Shown here: positions 1 through 8,996 of the stretch, piece by piece | Position numbering within the stretch: the stretch's first letter is position 1 | How the letters are laid out: each line of letters begins with the position of its first letter | Origin: a virus | Virus record (IMG/VR): IMGVR_UViG_3300024344_002756 | Length of the DNA: 64,000 bases | Direction: 5' to 3' (one strand) | Notes under the pieces: generated by a model | What the model saw: the letters and a program-made list of their open reading frames with translations, nothing else | The model's database searches: none | What the model was told of the DNA's origin: nothing | Program-made: the position numbers and the translations under genes

Positions 1-680
1 AAGGTGTTAAAAATCTTCAACTTAAAATAGACAAAGAGCATTTTCTCGGTCGTCAAGATTTGTTGAAGGGGCTTGATAGGTTACAAGATGGTTCTTCGCT
101 TCGTGACCAATCCTACAATATGCTTCTTGGTAATATTGCCAACGCTTTCGATGTAAAGAAAGAAGACCCCAAGAATTTAGAAGAGTATGGAAGTGGTATT
201 GGAGAACAACTACTCCTAGCTAGAAGACTTGCCGAAAGAGGCACTAAGTTCATTACAATTCAATATGGCGGCTGGGATATGCACTCTAATATCTCTAATG
301 CTCTAAAAAGTAGAGTTCCACCTATTGATAAAGCCCTTGCCGCATTAATAAAAGACATCCACAAAAAGGGTCTTAGTAAAGATATTATGGTGGTTGTTAC
401 TGGTGAGTTCGGTCGTACTTATAAGATCAATGCTAATTCTGGTAGAGATCATTGGCCTAAACTTTCACCACTAATGATTTCCGGTGGTGAATTTCCTATG
501 GGCTTTGCTCTTGGCGAATCTACTTCTAAAGCGGAAGAACCAAAGACAGACCCATACAATCCACAAAACGTAACAGCAACATTACTTAAACATTTTGGTA
601 TTGACCAACATACACAAAGATTAGACATGTCTGGTAGACCAAGATACTTCCTAGAGGTAGGTACAAAGTCAATACTATAA
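1..680 (+). CDS. DUF1501 family protein, C-terminal part; 5' end lies outside the window
   Basis: Frame is open from position 3 (GVKNLQLKIDKEHFLGRQDLL...). Motifs GGWDMHSN, VVTGEFGRT, GRDHWP and D/N-VTATLLKHFGID match the DUF1501 C-terminus. Confidence 0.85.
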   Translation, partial: GVKNLQLKIDKEHFLGRQDLLKGLDRLQDGSSLRDQSYNMLLGNIANAFDVKKEDPKNLEEYGSGIGEQLLLARRLAERGTKFITIQYGGWDMHSNISNALKSRVPPIDKALAALIKDIHKKGLSKDIMVVVTGEFGRTYKINANSGRDHWPKLSPLMISGGEFPMGFALGESTSKAEEPKTDPYNPQNVTATLLKHFGIDQHTQRLDMSGRPRYFLEVGTKSIL

Positions 681-691
681 GCATATTACTA

Positions 692-716
692 GAAGGGTGA
701 GTTGTTCTTGCCCTTC
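692..716 (+). terminator. Possible hairpin/terminator after the DUF1501 gene
   Basis: GAAGGGTGAG-TTGTT-CTTGCCCTTC forms a 10-bp stem with two G-U pairs; the T-tract is not immediately adjacent. Confidence 0.4.
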
Positions 717-764
717 ATGCCTGCTTCTGGTTTTTTGTCTCTAACCGAGTAAAAGAGAAAAAAC

Positions 765-1016
765 ATGAAAATCGCAAAATACATACAGCTTAATAGAAAT
801 TCTATATTTAATATTGTTACGCTTATCCTTATAGCTTGTCTTGGTTACTGCAACTACAGTCTTGAACAAGAACTAAAGAAAACCAAAAGCGCAGTCTACC
901 CAATGATGCTTGAGATAGTGGATTTAAGCATGATGATGGAATCTTTTGTTGATATGGCTCCAGAAGAAATGAGAAGAATAGCTGTAGAAGCTATAAAAGA
1001 AGAAGCAGGAAAGTAA
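765..1016 (+). CDS. Small membrane protein
   Basis: 83 aa; hydrophobic segment IFNIVTLILIACLGYC followed by a helical tail. Confidence 0.7.
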   Translation: MKIAKYIQLNRNSIFNIVTLILIACLGYCNYSLEQELKKTKSAVYPMMLEIVDLSMMMESFVDMAPEEMRRIAVEAIKEEAGK

Positions 1017-1101
1017 CGAAGGATATAGTCAGGTTATCGTAATATCGTTTTTGACAACAAGGAGGATCTAAACTAGATAGTTATCCATAGAAAGGGTAAA
1101 C

Positions 1102-1287
1102 ATGAGTTTTGAAAAAGGTAAGCCGATTAAGAATTTGGTTTATGGATTGACACACCCGTTAAAGATGGCAAGAGATAAGCCCATCATGTTTCTTTTAGCA
1201 GCGGGTACTGGCGTATACTTTATTGGTGTCGCCGCTGGGTGGTGGTCAATGGATGCTTTTAGCAAAGTGATCCCATTCATGAAGTAA
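1102..1287 (+). CDS. Small membrane protein
   Basis: 61 aa; SD-like AAGGGT; hydrophobic IMFLLAAGTGVYFIGVAAGWW. Confidence 0.7.
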   Translation: MSFEKGKPIKNLVYGLTHPLKMARDKPIMFLLAAGTGVYFIGVAAGWWSMDAFSKVIPFMK

Positions 1288-1347
1288 TTGTTTATCTTAG
1301 AACTCCCAAAGGAGTGGGAGTTCTATAATTTTGAAAGGGGTGTAAGC

Positions 1348-1989
1348 ATGAATAATAGAAGAGAATTCTTATATAACTGTGCAATATCATCTTTTCTTGG
1401 AATAACCTTTTCAGCACAAACTTCTGCTGGTATTTTTGATAGAAAAGTTTGTCCATTTTGCACCATTCCAGATACCAATCCCAACGCATTATTGGGTCAG
1501 GTAAAATGGGATAGAAAAGATTTTAGATATTTTATAGCTGGTAGAGATACCTATGATATGGAACAAGAAGTGTGGGACAATGAATTTAAGTTAGCTTTTG
1601 ACTCATGGTCTAAAGTAACCCCACTTACATTTCGCCAAGTTACATCTGAAGAAGAATATGATATAATCATTTCTGTCGGTAATAGAAAAAAACAAAGTTT
1701 TGGTAAATCTGGCGGCGTATTAGCTTGGGCGCAACTACCAACAACTAAAAATTTTGACGGTGTTCTTCTGTCAAAGTTTGATTTAGCCGAAAACTGGATA
1801 ACCCCAAAGGAATTGATAACGGAACACGGCACGGTTCTGCGTTCAGTAGCGGCTCATGAAATAGGACATCTTTTAGGTCTTAGTCATTCTAATAATCCAG
1901 ACGCATTGATGTATCCTTATATAAACAATGCTCTTGAGCCTAGATCAGATGACATTAAAAAGATACAAAAGCTATACGGAAAACCATAA
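1348..1989 (+). CDS. Matrixin-like (M10, metzincin) zinc metalloprotease with twin-arginine signal
   Basis: HEIGHLLGLSH zinc motif, ALMYP Met-turn, GGVLAWA strand; N-terminus MNNRREFLYNCAISSFLG; SD AAGGGG before ATG 1348. Confidence 0.9.
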   Translation: MNNRREFLYNCAISSFLGITFSAQTSAGIFDRKVCPFCTIPDTNPNALLGQVKWDRKDFRYFIAGRDTYDMEQEVWDNEFKLAFDSWSKVTPLTFRQVTSEEEYDIIISVGNRKKQSFGKSGGVLAWAQLPTTKNFDGVLLSKFDLAENWITPKELITEHGTVLRSVAAHEIGHLLGLSHSNNPDALMYPYINNALEPRSDDIKKIQKLYGKP

Positions 1990-2027
1990 CCCTTACACAA
2001 GACTCTTGGAGGGAATACTCAAATTAC

Positions 2028-2056
2028 TTGGATATGAACATCAATCCTAGTATAAT
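2028..2056 (+). promoter_or_regulatory. Sigma70-type promoter
   Basis: TTGGAT (2028-2033), 17-bp spacer, TATAAT (2051-2056) in an intergenic region. Confidence 0.6.
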
Positions 2057-2071
2057 GAAGAGAGAAGCGTG

Positions 2072-2182
2072 ATGTGGTATGTTTGCAAGTGCTACTTCAG
2101 ATTAATGGCAATGGCTTTCTTTTTTTTCTTGCCGTTAATAATACTAAATATGTTAATTTTAGCTGCGATTACTGACGGATGA
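2072..2182 (+). CDS. Small hydrophobic peptide (36 aa), absent from the ORF track
   Basis: MWYVCKCYFRLMAMAFFFFLPLIILNMLILAAITDG*; its TGA overlaps the ATG at 2179 (ATGA coupling); purine-rich SD. Confidence 0.5.
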   Translation: MWYVCKCYFRLMAMAFFFFLPLIILNMLILAAITDG

Positions 2183-3141
2183 TACAACAGGACGAAATTA
2201 TCAGCGTAAAACGCTGGATGTCTCTCGGAGACTGCAACTACGAAATAGACCACGACGATGATTCAATTCCAGAATCCGGCGTGGTCTATTGCAATATAGA
2301 GCATATACACAAATTCTTTGCCAAGTGCGACTACACAGACAACAAATATGTAGTGGTTAGTGCTTTTAGCGATTATGGCGTAGCCATACAAAAAGAAAAT
2401 CCAGTAGCGCATGATATGCTCAAATGGATACCCTTTATAAAGCAAGATATTCTAAACTTAGACTACTCACCGTTGCTAATAGCAGCAAGATGCGAAGTAG
2501 ACAAATGCAAGCTAAATGACAAATACTCAGTCAAATGCTACTCTAATACATACTCTACATTTAACACAATCCCCAAGAACGTAGTTAAATGGTTTGCCGT
2601 TAACCCTATGACTAGAGACGATAGAATTACTACAATACCCCTCGGTGTAGGAAAAGATGCCGCAAGAGACATCTGTTTCACCGCAACCAACCCGCTTTTG
2701 TTGAATGGCTCTGACCGAGTGAATTGGGTGTATGCTAATTGGCAGCTAAACACTTTAGAGAGAAGTGATTTAATGGCGGCTCTTGCTCACCAAAAGCCAC
2801 CTTGGGCTACCATTATCCTAGAACCTAAGAGCTACCTAGAATATCTTTCAGACTTATCTAAACATTCCTTCGCTATGTGTCCTAGAGGCAATGGTGTAGA
2901 TTGCTATAGAGTTCTGGAGTGTTTATACTGTGGTTGTATCCCAATCGTAAAAGATGAAATAGCTTATGACTATTTAGAAGATCTTCCTCATGTCAAAGTT
3001 GATAACTGGCAACAAATAAATATAGATTTTCTTAAAGAAGAACAAAAAAGAATAAACAAAACATCTTTCAATATGGATAAAATAAAACTTGAGTTTTGGA
3101 AAAATAAAATAGAGGAAGCAAGAGGCTTGTTAAACGGATGA
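2179..3141 (+). CDS. Exostosin-like (GT47-related) glycosyltransferase-domain protein
   Basis: C-terminal SFAMCPRGNGVDCYRVLECLYCGCIPIV...LPHVKVDNW motif. Confidence 0.7.
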   Translation: MIQQDEIISVKRWMSLGDCNYEIDHDDDSIPESGVVYCNIEHIHKFFAKCDYTDNKYVVVSAFSDYGVAIQKENPVAHDMLKWIPFIKQDILNLDYSPLLIAARCEVDKCKLNDKYSVKCYSNTYSTFNTIPKNVVKWFAVNPMTRDDRITTIPLGVGKDAARDICFTATNPLLLNGSDRVNWVYANWQLNTLERSDLMAALAHQKPPWATIILEPKSYLEYLSDLSKHSFAMCPRGNGVDCYRVLECLYCGCIPIVKDEIAYDYLEDLPHVKVDNWQQINIDFLKEEQKRINKTSFNMDKIKLEFWKNKIEEARGLLNG

Positions 3142-3257
3142 AAGCGGTTTTTGCTGGAATGATGGCTTGGGCAATAGAAGTGTCCATAGCGGCTCTTTTA
3201 CTATTTATATTAAAGCATGAAGAAAAGAAAGTAATTTCAAGAAGGAAAAAGAATTAA
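3138..3257 (+). CDS. Small membrane peptide (39 aa), absent from the ORF track
   Basis: MKAVFAGMMAWAIEVSIAALLLFILKHEEKKVISRRKKN*; ATGA overlap upstream and TAATG overlap downstream. Confidence 0.6.
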   Translation: MKAVFAGMMAWAIEVSIAALLLFILKHEEKKVISRRKKN

Positions 3258-4381
3258 TGGCTTTTTTGGATACAACTCGTAACATCAACCTGTCATCTCC
3301 GATCAATCAGTTGGGTTATGGCGTAGCTGGGCTTAATATTGCAAAAGCCCTTCACGAATTAAATCATAGCGTTGCCTTGTTTGTCATTGGAAACCTTGAA
3401 GCACCAGAGCAGTATCATGAAGACTTAAAGCAAATGATTGCTAATAGCAGGATGCCTGACTGGACTGCCCCTTCTATAAGACTATGGCATCAGCATGACA
3501 TGTCTCAATTTGTTGGTAGCGGAGCTAAGTACGCCTTTCCAATTTTTGAGCTTGATAAGTTTGCCGATTTAGAAATTCATCATTTATCTCATGTAGACCA
3601 TTGGTTTGTTACATCCGAATGGGCTAAAACCATAATGGTTGACCAACTCAAGGGTATTAGAGGTGAAGATTATGTAAAAGAGAATACTTTTGTTATTCCC
3701 CTTGGTGTAGATAGGTCGATATTCAAAGAAGGGGTCGGCAGCAGAAAAGAAACCGTTTTCTATAATTGCGGAAAATGGGAGATCAGAAAAGGTCACGACA
3801 TCCTAATTACAGCTTTCAATGAGGCTTTTAATGAGGATGATGATGTAGAGCTTTGGATGATGTGCGATAACCCATTCTATAGCGAGGAAGAAAATTTCCA
3901 GTGGGAGAGGCTTTATCGTTCATCCAGACTGGGCAACAAGGTTAGGGTTATACCCCGACAAAAAACACAGGAAGATGTGTATAATATTATGTCACAAACC
4001 GATTGTGGCGTTTTTCCTTCTAAAGCAGAGGGTTGGAATTTAGAACTCTTGGAAATGATGAGCTGTGGCAAAAACGTCATTGCAACGGATTATTCTTCAC
4101 ACACAGAATTTTGCAACAAAGATAATTGCAAATTAATAGAAATTAAAGAAACAGAAGAAGCCCATGACGGTAAATGGTTTAGAGGTCAGGGTAACTGGGC
4201 AAAGATTGACAAAGAGCAAATTTCTCAAATGGCAAATGCTATGAGAGAAGTTCATGAACTGAAGAAAAAAGACGAACTAAATATCAATCAAAATGCTGTA
4301 GATACGGCCAAAAGCTTTAGCTGGGAAAGCTCCGCTAGAAAAATATTAGAGGCGATTGATAAAAATGATTCACATACTTAA
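3257..4381 (+). CDS. GT4 (GT-B) glycosyltransferase
   Basis: GYGVAG N-terminal loop, GKWEIRKG, and VFPSKAEGWNLELLEMMSCGKNVIATDYS (ExxxxxxxE motif). Confidence 0.85.
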   Translation: MAFLDTTRNINLSSPINQLGYGVAGLNIAKALHELNHSVALFVIGNLEAPEQYHEDLKQMIANSRMPDWTAPSIRLWHQHDMSQFVGSGAKYAFPIFELDKFADLEIHHLSHVDHWFVTSEWAKTIMVDQLKGIRGEDYVKENTFVIPLGVDRSIFKEGVGSRKETVFYNCGKWEIRKGHDILITAFNEAFNEDDDVELWMMCDNPFYSEEENFQWERLYRSSRLGNKVRVIPRQKTQEDVYNIMSQTDCGVFPSKAEGWNLELLEMMSCGKNVIATDYSSHTEFCNKDNCKLIEIKETEEAHDGKWFRGQGNWAKIDKEQISQMANAMREVHELKKKDELNINQNAVDTAKSFSWESSARKILEAIDKNDSHT

Positions 4382-5054
4382 TGCTACTGGTGGTTCGGAT
4401 GATATAAATAAAATCCAATACGAAGGTAAGCCAAGCTCTAAAGAAGAGAAGTGGATAAAGAGAGAGCATCCACTTATAGACATAGACTGGAAAGAAATAC
4501 TACCTCCTCCACCAGAGAACACAAGCGATGTAACGAAAATAGATCTTCAGCAAGTTGAAAGAGCAACAAGAAATCTTTCAAAAGAAGATTATGACCTAGT
4601 GATGCTTGTGGATGATGATCCAAAGAATGTGTTTATACCATACTTAAAAAAACACAGACTGTTTTACCCCGCAGATTTAGTAGATTTGGCTCTAGACAAT
4701 ATTTATCCCGTTTGGCTTAAATTAAAATATCACTACAAGAGGCCACGACCTTTTCAAATAGCTCCACATCTTGGGTATATTATTTCTGTAATACAAACTT
4801 CTACACATCAAACCCCCTCTTATCCCAGTGGACATCTAGCAGAAGGAGCTTTGATCGCAGAAATTCTCTCGGATATTTATCCTGAACACAAAACTGCGTT
4901 TTATGAAGCTGCTGGATTAGTAGGAAAAGGTAGAGTCTTACAAGGGGTTCATTACCCCAGTGACAATGAAGCATCAATGATTCTCGCAAGAGTCGGATGG
5001 GAAAACATTAAAGGAAATCTAGATGATAAATGGACTGATCTTATCAAAGAATAG
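4365..5054 (+). CDS. PAP2-superfamily phosphatase (acid phosphatase / vanadium haloperoxidase-like)
   Basis: Three PAP2 motifs: KYHYKRPRP, PSYPSGH, GRVLQGVHYPSD. Confidence 0.85.
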   Translation: MIHILNATGGSDDINKIQYEGKPSSKEEKWIKREHPLIDIDWKEILPPPPENTSDVTKIDLQQVERATRNLSKEDYDLVMLVDDDPKNVFIPYLKKHRLFYPADLVDLALDNIYPVWLKLKYHYKRPRPFQIAPHLGYIISVIQTSTHQTPSYPSGHLAEGALIAEILSDIYPEHKTAFYEAAGLVGKGRVLQGVHYPSDNEASMILARVGWENIKGNLDDKWTDLIKE

Positions 5055-5880
5055 AGCGTCTCAGCTTCGCTTTCTACTGGAAAGTATTTCCATAAATGCG
5101 CCTCAACTTTTTAATGAGATAAAAGTAATCTATACATCTACTGATGATGATTTCTCTAAGGGGTATGAAAAGCTAAAAGGGGAAAAAATTCTTCCTAATA
5201 TAGTCTGGGAAGAAGAGAAAGATTTTGTTCCAGACTTTTTAAATGCGCTCAAAACCTGTGAGTCTGAATATATATGCGGAATAGTTGACGATTGTGTCAT
5301 CTATAAACCATTGCCAACAACAAGCCAAATGATCGAAGAGATGTTTTCTGATGATGTGTTTTGCTTTTCGCTTCGGTTAGGGCTTAATACGATTGTTCAA
5401 AATTACATGAGGATGGAGGAACAGTATCAACTTGAGCAATACCAACAAAATCCATACTGCATTAGGTGGGAGTGGAAAAATTGGGACTCAAGGCTCAATT
5501 ATGGATACCCAATATCTTTAGATGGTCATATATTTAGAACAAAAGAATTATCTGACCTATCCCATAAGTTTGAATTTGAATATCTTAGACAATGGGAGGG
5601 TGTCATAGCTGGGAAATGTAGAGAAGAAACAGATAGAAATATAATGGTTTCTTACAAACAAAATGTTTTGTTTAGTATACCGTCAAATTGTGTTCAAGAC
5701 CCACCTCTTGTTGCAGGTCAGGTTTACGCTTTTTCTGAAAAAGAACTCAATGATAAATATATTAATGATGACGAGGTTATATATTTTGACGGTATGCAAT
5801 ACGCATTTCAAAACGTAGCTTGGGCGCACAATGAGTTTCCGTTAGTGTTTAAGAAAATAGGAGAGAAAAATGGTTCATAA
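5023..5880 (+). CDS. Putative GT-A-like glycosyltransferase; paralog of 17015..17896
   Basis: ILSKNRASQLRFLLESI start, VDDC DxD-like motif, SLRLGLN, YGYPISLDGHIF. Confidence 0.55.
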   Translation: MINGLILSKNRASQLRFLLESISINAPQLFNEIKVIYTSTDDDFSKGYEKLKGEKILPNIVWEEEKDFVPDFLNALKTCESEYICGIVDDCVIYKPLPTTSQMIEEMFSDDVFCFSLRLGLNTIVQNYMRMEEQYQLEQYQQNPYCIRWEWKNWDSRLNYGYPISLDGHIFRTKELSDLSHKFEFEYLRQWEGVIAGKCREETDRNIMVSYKQNVLFSIPSNCVQDPPLVAGQVYAFSEKELNDKYINDDEVIYFDGMQYAFQNVAWAHNEFPLVFKKIGEKNGS

Positions 5881-6100
5881 AGAAAATGCTATAAACTACC
5901 TTTGGCATAAAGCAAAATCAGATCAAGATAAAGCTCTTATGTCTCTTGGACTTTTAATGGATCATCCGGCTGGAATTGGAGATCACTCAACTGAGGATTT
6001 CTATACCAACCTAGATGATGCTTTGAATCTCTTGGTTGATGCTGATGATAGACTTCATGCGCTTAAAAAGTACTTTCCAGAAGAAGGATCTGATGTTTAA
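5870..6100 (+). CDS. Hypothetical protein
   Basis: 76 aa; SD GGAG; overlaps neighbours in the coupled manner typical of this genome. Confidence 0.7.
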   Translation: MVHKENAINYLWHKAKSDQDKALMSLGLLMDHPAGIGDHSTEDFYTNLDDALNLLVDADDRLHALKKYFPEEGSDV

Positions 6101-6527
6101 TTGGTTTAAAAAGAAGAAGAAGAAGAATGAGCAAGAGATAAAACCATCAGACCATCAAAAAGAGTTTAATGGTCTTGCTGTTGCTTCAATGCGTTACGTT
6201 GTCGGAGTAGACAGCGTGATCTATCTAGAATTTTATTGGGATGAAGATGCAGACGATGATGCCATTCATGTCTTTACTGACCTTTTTTCTCAAATAAACA
6301 ACGGAGAATTGCTGGACTCATCAGTCGAGTTTATTAAGGAAACTCTTGATTCTGACGGTGAAGGCCACAAATTTAATACGTTTTATCTACCTCTTATTGA
6401 ACTCCAAAAGGCTAAAATTGAACCCCTTTTAGAAGCCATAGGTAGCCAAAATATAACAATAAAAGACGAAGTCGTAGTTAAACCAACTGATCTAACGCGC
6501 GAGACCTTTGGGGGGAATCAAAGTTAA
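6093..6527 (+). CDS. Hypothetical protein (N-terminal MFNWFKKKKKK)
   Basis: ATG at 6093 after SD AAGGA; open frame to 6527. Confidence 0.7.
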   Translation: MFNWFKKKKKKNEQEIKPSDHQKEFNGLAVASMRYVVGVDSVIYLEFYWDEDADDDAIHVFTDLFSQINNGELLDSSVEFIKETLDSDGEGHKFNTFYLPLIELQKAKIEPLLEAIGSQNITIKDEVVVKPTDLTRETFGGNQS

Positions 6528-6530
6528 AAA

Positions 6531-6539
6531 GTGTATAAT
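6531..6539 (+). promoter_or_regulatory. GTGTATAAT motif, candidate phage promoter
   Basis: Intergenic, directly after a stop codon; identical 9-mer also at 8988, 19544 and 61393 (- strand). Confidence 0.6.
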
Positions 6540-6571
6540 TAATAGTTACTATTTCCCTTCGGAGATGTGCT

Positions 6572-7162
6572 ATGTTAGATAAAAAAATCGCGTGGGAACG
6601 TTGGGACGAGGATGTAATTCAACAAGAGATTGTAGAAGAATTTTACGACGACGAAGAGAGCGATGAAGAAGTTCTCGAAGATGCTTTAAATTTTCTAGAA
6701 AAAATTCCATCTCTTGTTACTACCCCAATGGGTATGTTTCAGCTTCACGACAAAATGAGTATCCTAAATCAATTTGATTGTTGGATGGGTTATACTAATT
6801 TTGATATAACCAATTCTGTAAAAGACACTCTAGAAAAAGTAGAGGGAGTTGAACTTCTTAATATAATGACCCGCTATAGGTTCTTCCTTGGTGTGGGAAA
6901 AATGTTTAACTTTTCTGAAGTTAGAAGAGCTATAGAGTCTTTGTTATGTGAATCTGAAATTGATGAATACAGCAAAGAGTCTGTTAGTATTATAAGAGAC
7001 AATATTTCGTCTGATAAATACTGGGCGATATTCGTCACAAAAAGTGGCGAGATACTATACGCAAGCACCAACGAAGAGAGTGACGAAGACTACCTTAAAA
7101 AGCTTAAACACTACCAAAAACGGAAGCATAAAAATGGTGGACTGCTTTTGCAGAACGACTAG
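6572..7162 (+). CDS. Hypothetical acidic phage protein
   Basis: 196-aa ORF with SD GGAG. Confidence 0.75.
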   Translation: MLDKKIAWERWDEDVIQQEIVEEFYDDEESDEEVLEDALNFLEKIPSLVTTPMGMFQLHDKMSILNQFDCWMGYTNFDITNSVKDTLEKVEGVELLNIMTRYRFFLGVGKMFNFSEVRRAIESLLCESEIDEYSKESVSIIRDNISSDKYWAIFVTKSGEILYASTNEESDEDYLKKLKHYQKRKHKNGGLLLQND

Positions 7163-7179
7163 AGAAGAGGATTTAAAAA

Positions 7180-7857
7180 ATGGCGAGACCAAAAAACCCC
7201 TCGGAATCTATTGTTTCGCAAGCACATGAGTACGACATCATCACCAGTAGGAGAGAAATATTCTTACACTCCTACTTTGACGGTGAAGAGGAAAGTGGAG
7301 TAGATTACAGGGTAGCCAATAGATTTCTAAAAAATATAAAGATACTTGAAAGCATTAGCGACGATCCCATAGTTATTCACCAACATAGTGTTGGTGGAGA
7401 TTGGGAATGTGGAATGTTGATATACGACAGCTTAGTCGCAACTCCCTGTCCTATTATTTTTATATGTCATGGTACAGCAGCTTCAATGGGAAGCATCATA
7501 CCTCAAGCTGTTTACAAAAAGGGTGTTCGTCTTGCTACACCTAATTGCTGTTGGTTAATTCATGAAGGTTACGAAGAAGCCTCTGGAACTGTAAAGCAGT
7601 TCAATTCATATCATGAGTTTTCAAAAATTGCTATGGTTCAAATGTATGACATGTACTGCGATAGATGTAAAAACAGCGGTATATTTTTTAAAGATAAGAC
7701 CGAAAAGGAAACAAAAGCCTACCTTAAACGAAAGCTAAAAGCTAAAGAAGACTGGTGGTTTAATTCGATGGATGCCTTGTCCTATGGATTTATAGATGGA
7801 ATTTTTGGGAGCAAAGAATATAATACAATAGACAAGATAAAAGAAAATTTGGGATAA
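7180..7857 (+). CDS. clpP: ClpP-family protease subunit
   Basis: SVGGDWECGMLIYD, GTAASMGS (Ser), LIHE (His), EDWWFNSMDALSYGFID (Asp). Confidence 0.85.
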   Translation: MARPKNPSESIVSQAHEYDIITSRREIFLHSYFDGEEESGVDYRVANRFLKNIKILESISDDPIVIHQHSVGGDWECGMLIYDSLVATPCPIIFICHGTAASMGSIIPQAVYKKGVRLATPNCCWLIHEGYEEASGTVKQFNSYHEFSKIAMVQMYDMYCDRCKNSGIFFKDKTEKETKAYLKRKLKAKEDWWFNSMDALSYGFIDGIFGSKEYNTIDKIKENLG

Positions 7858-7861
7858 GGAA

Positions 7862-8368
7862 ATGAAGAAAGTAACAGATGAAGAGCTAAGGAAAGCTCTT
7901 AAAAACGAAGATAATATAAATGTAATGAATAAGATCTGCATGAAGTATGTCGGTGTTATTCCTTATGAAGAGCTAGAAAGATGTAAGTTAGTGGCTGTTT
8001 GGCAAGCCATTGAACGATACGATCCAACTAGAGGTAAGTGTAAATTTACTTCTTTCTTATGCAATAGGGTTTTTTGGGAATGTCAAAAACAATTATATGA
8101 TATTAAGAAAACAAAAAAGATACCAAAAAGCGATTCAGCATCTTGTTTAATTTCAGAAATATGTGGATATGAAAACAAGTTTGACCCAATTGAAATATCA
8201 GAAATGATAGAAAAATTAGACGATGAGTCTAAAGGTATCATACATCAAAGATTTTTTGAATCTAAGACAGCAAAAGAAATAGGACAGGAAAACGGATATG
8301 GAAGAGAAACGGCAAGAAGAAGAATAATATCTGCAATAGAGAAACTAAAACAATGCTTACAGAACTAG
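7862..8368 (+). CDS. RNA polymerase sigma factor (sigma70 family, regions 2 and 4)
   Basis: VWQAIERYDPTRGKCKFTSFLCNRV (region 2); HQRFFESKTAKEIGQENGYGRETARRRI (region 4 HTH). Confidence 0.8.
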   Translation: MKKVTDEELRKALKNEDNINVMNKICMKYVGVIPYEELERCKLVAVWQAIERYDPTRGKCKFTSFLCNRVFWECQKQLYDIKKTKKIPKSDSASCLISEICGYENKFDPIEISEMIEKLDDESKGIIHQRFFESKTAKEIGQENGYGRETARRRIISAIEKLKQCLQN

Positions 8369-8985
8369 CCTGTTACAATCAAGATTCAACTTACAATGAA
8401 ATACTTGAAACTATCTTCATAGCCTCTGAAAAAGAATTAAATTCTGTCGCTATTCCTTCTGGTTTTATGAGTCGTGTTAACGACTTTCTTCATGACCAAA
8501 AATTTTCAGCAGCCATAGATTTTCCTTATGGTCTAAGCAGTACATCAGTAAGAGTTCATGAAATTATCATGGCTATCAGACAAGGGGCTTCTTTTATAGA
8601 TCTTGTCATTCATAATGGATATATTAAAGAAGAGAATTGGAGAAAAATACGGGAAGATCTAAAAGCTTGCATGAGCATATGCAAACAAAACAATGTTACT
8701 ATCAGGGCTATTGTAGAGTATAGATTATTTCCGGTTAAAACTGTTCTTTTAATATGTGATCTCTTAAACACAATAGGTGTCTACAATGTAGTCAACTCAA
8801 CTGGATTTGTTGCTGATGATATATCTGATAACGCCATCATTTCACATGAAATACAAGATAAAACAGGTATTTTTGTTACGTCTTGCGTTAGAGCGTTTAA
8901 TGAACAGCATATAGAAATATTTAAGGAATTAGATGTACATGCTTTAAGATTAATGTCTTCCAAAGTCGCAGAACACCTTCTTTAA
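8353..8985 (+). CDS. DeoC-like TIM-barrel protein lacking the Schiff-base lysines
   Basis: AAIDFPYG, AIRQGASFIDLVI, IRAIVE and VVNSTGF align with DeoC TVVNFPHG, GADEVDVV, KVIIE and FIKTSTGK. Confidence 0.7.
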   Translation: MLTELACYNQDSTYNEILETIFIASEKELNSVAIPSGFMSRVNDFLHDQKFSAAIDFPYGLSSTSVRVHEIIMAIRQGASFIDLVIHNGYIKEENWRKIREDLKACMSICKQNNVTIRAIVEYRLFPVKTVLLICDLLNTIGVYNVVNSTGFVADDISDNAIISHEIQDKTGIFVTSCVRAFNEQHIEIFKELDVHALRLMSSKVAEHLL

Positions 8986-8987
8986 TG

Positions 8988-8996
8988 GTGTATAAT
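8988..8996 (+). promoter_or_regulatory. GTGTATAAT motif upstream of paralogous structural-type genes
   Basis: TAATGGTGTATAAT right after the stop codon; GAAAGG SD before ATG 9072. Confidence 0.65.

Noticed and set aside
3977-3985. GTGTATAAT inside the GT4 coding sequence
   Set aside because: It encodes D-V-Y-N in frame, and one or two chance copies are expected in 64 kb of AT-rich DNA; not called a promoter.
6509-6515. Poly-G run as a phase-variation tract
   Set aside because: It is short, lies at the 3' end of a hypothetical gene and does not disrupt a frame.
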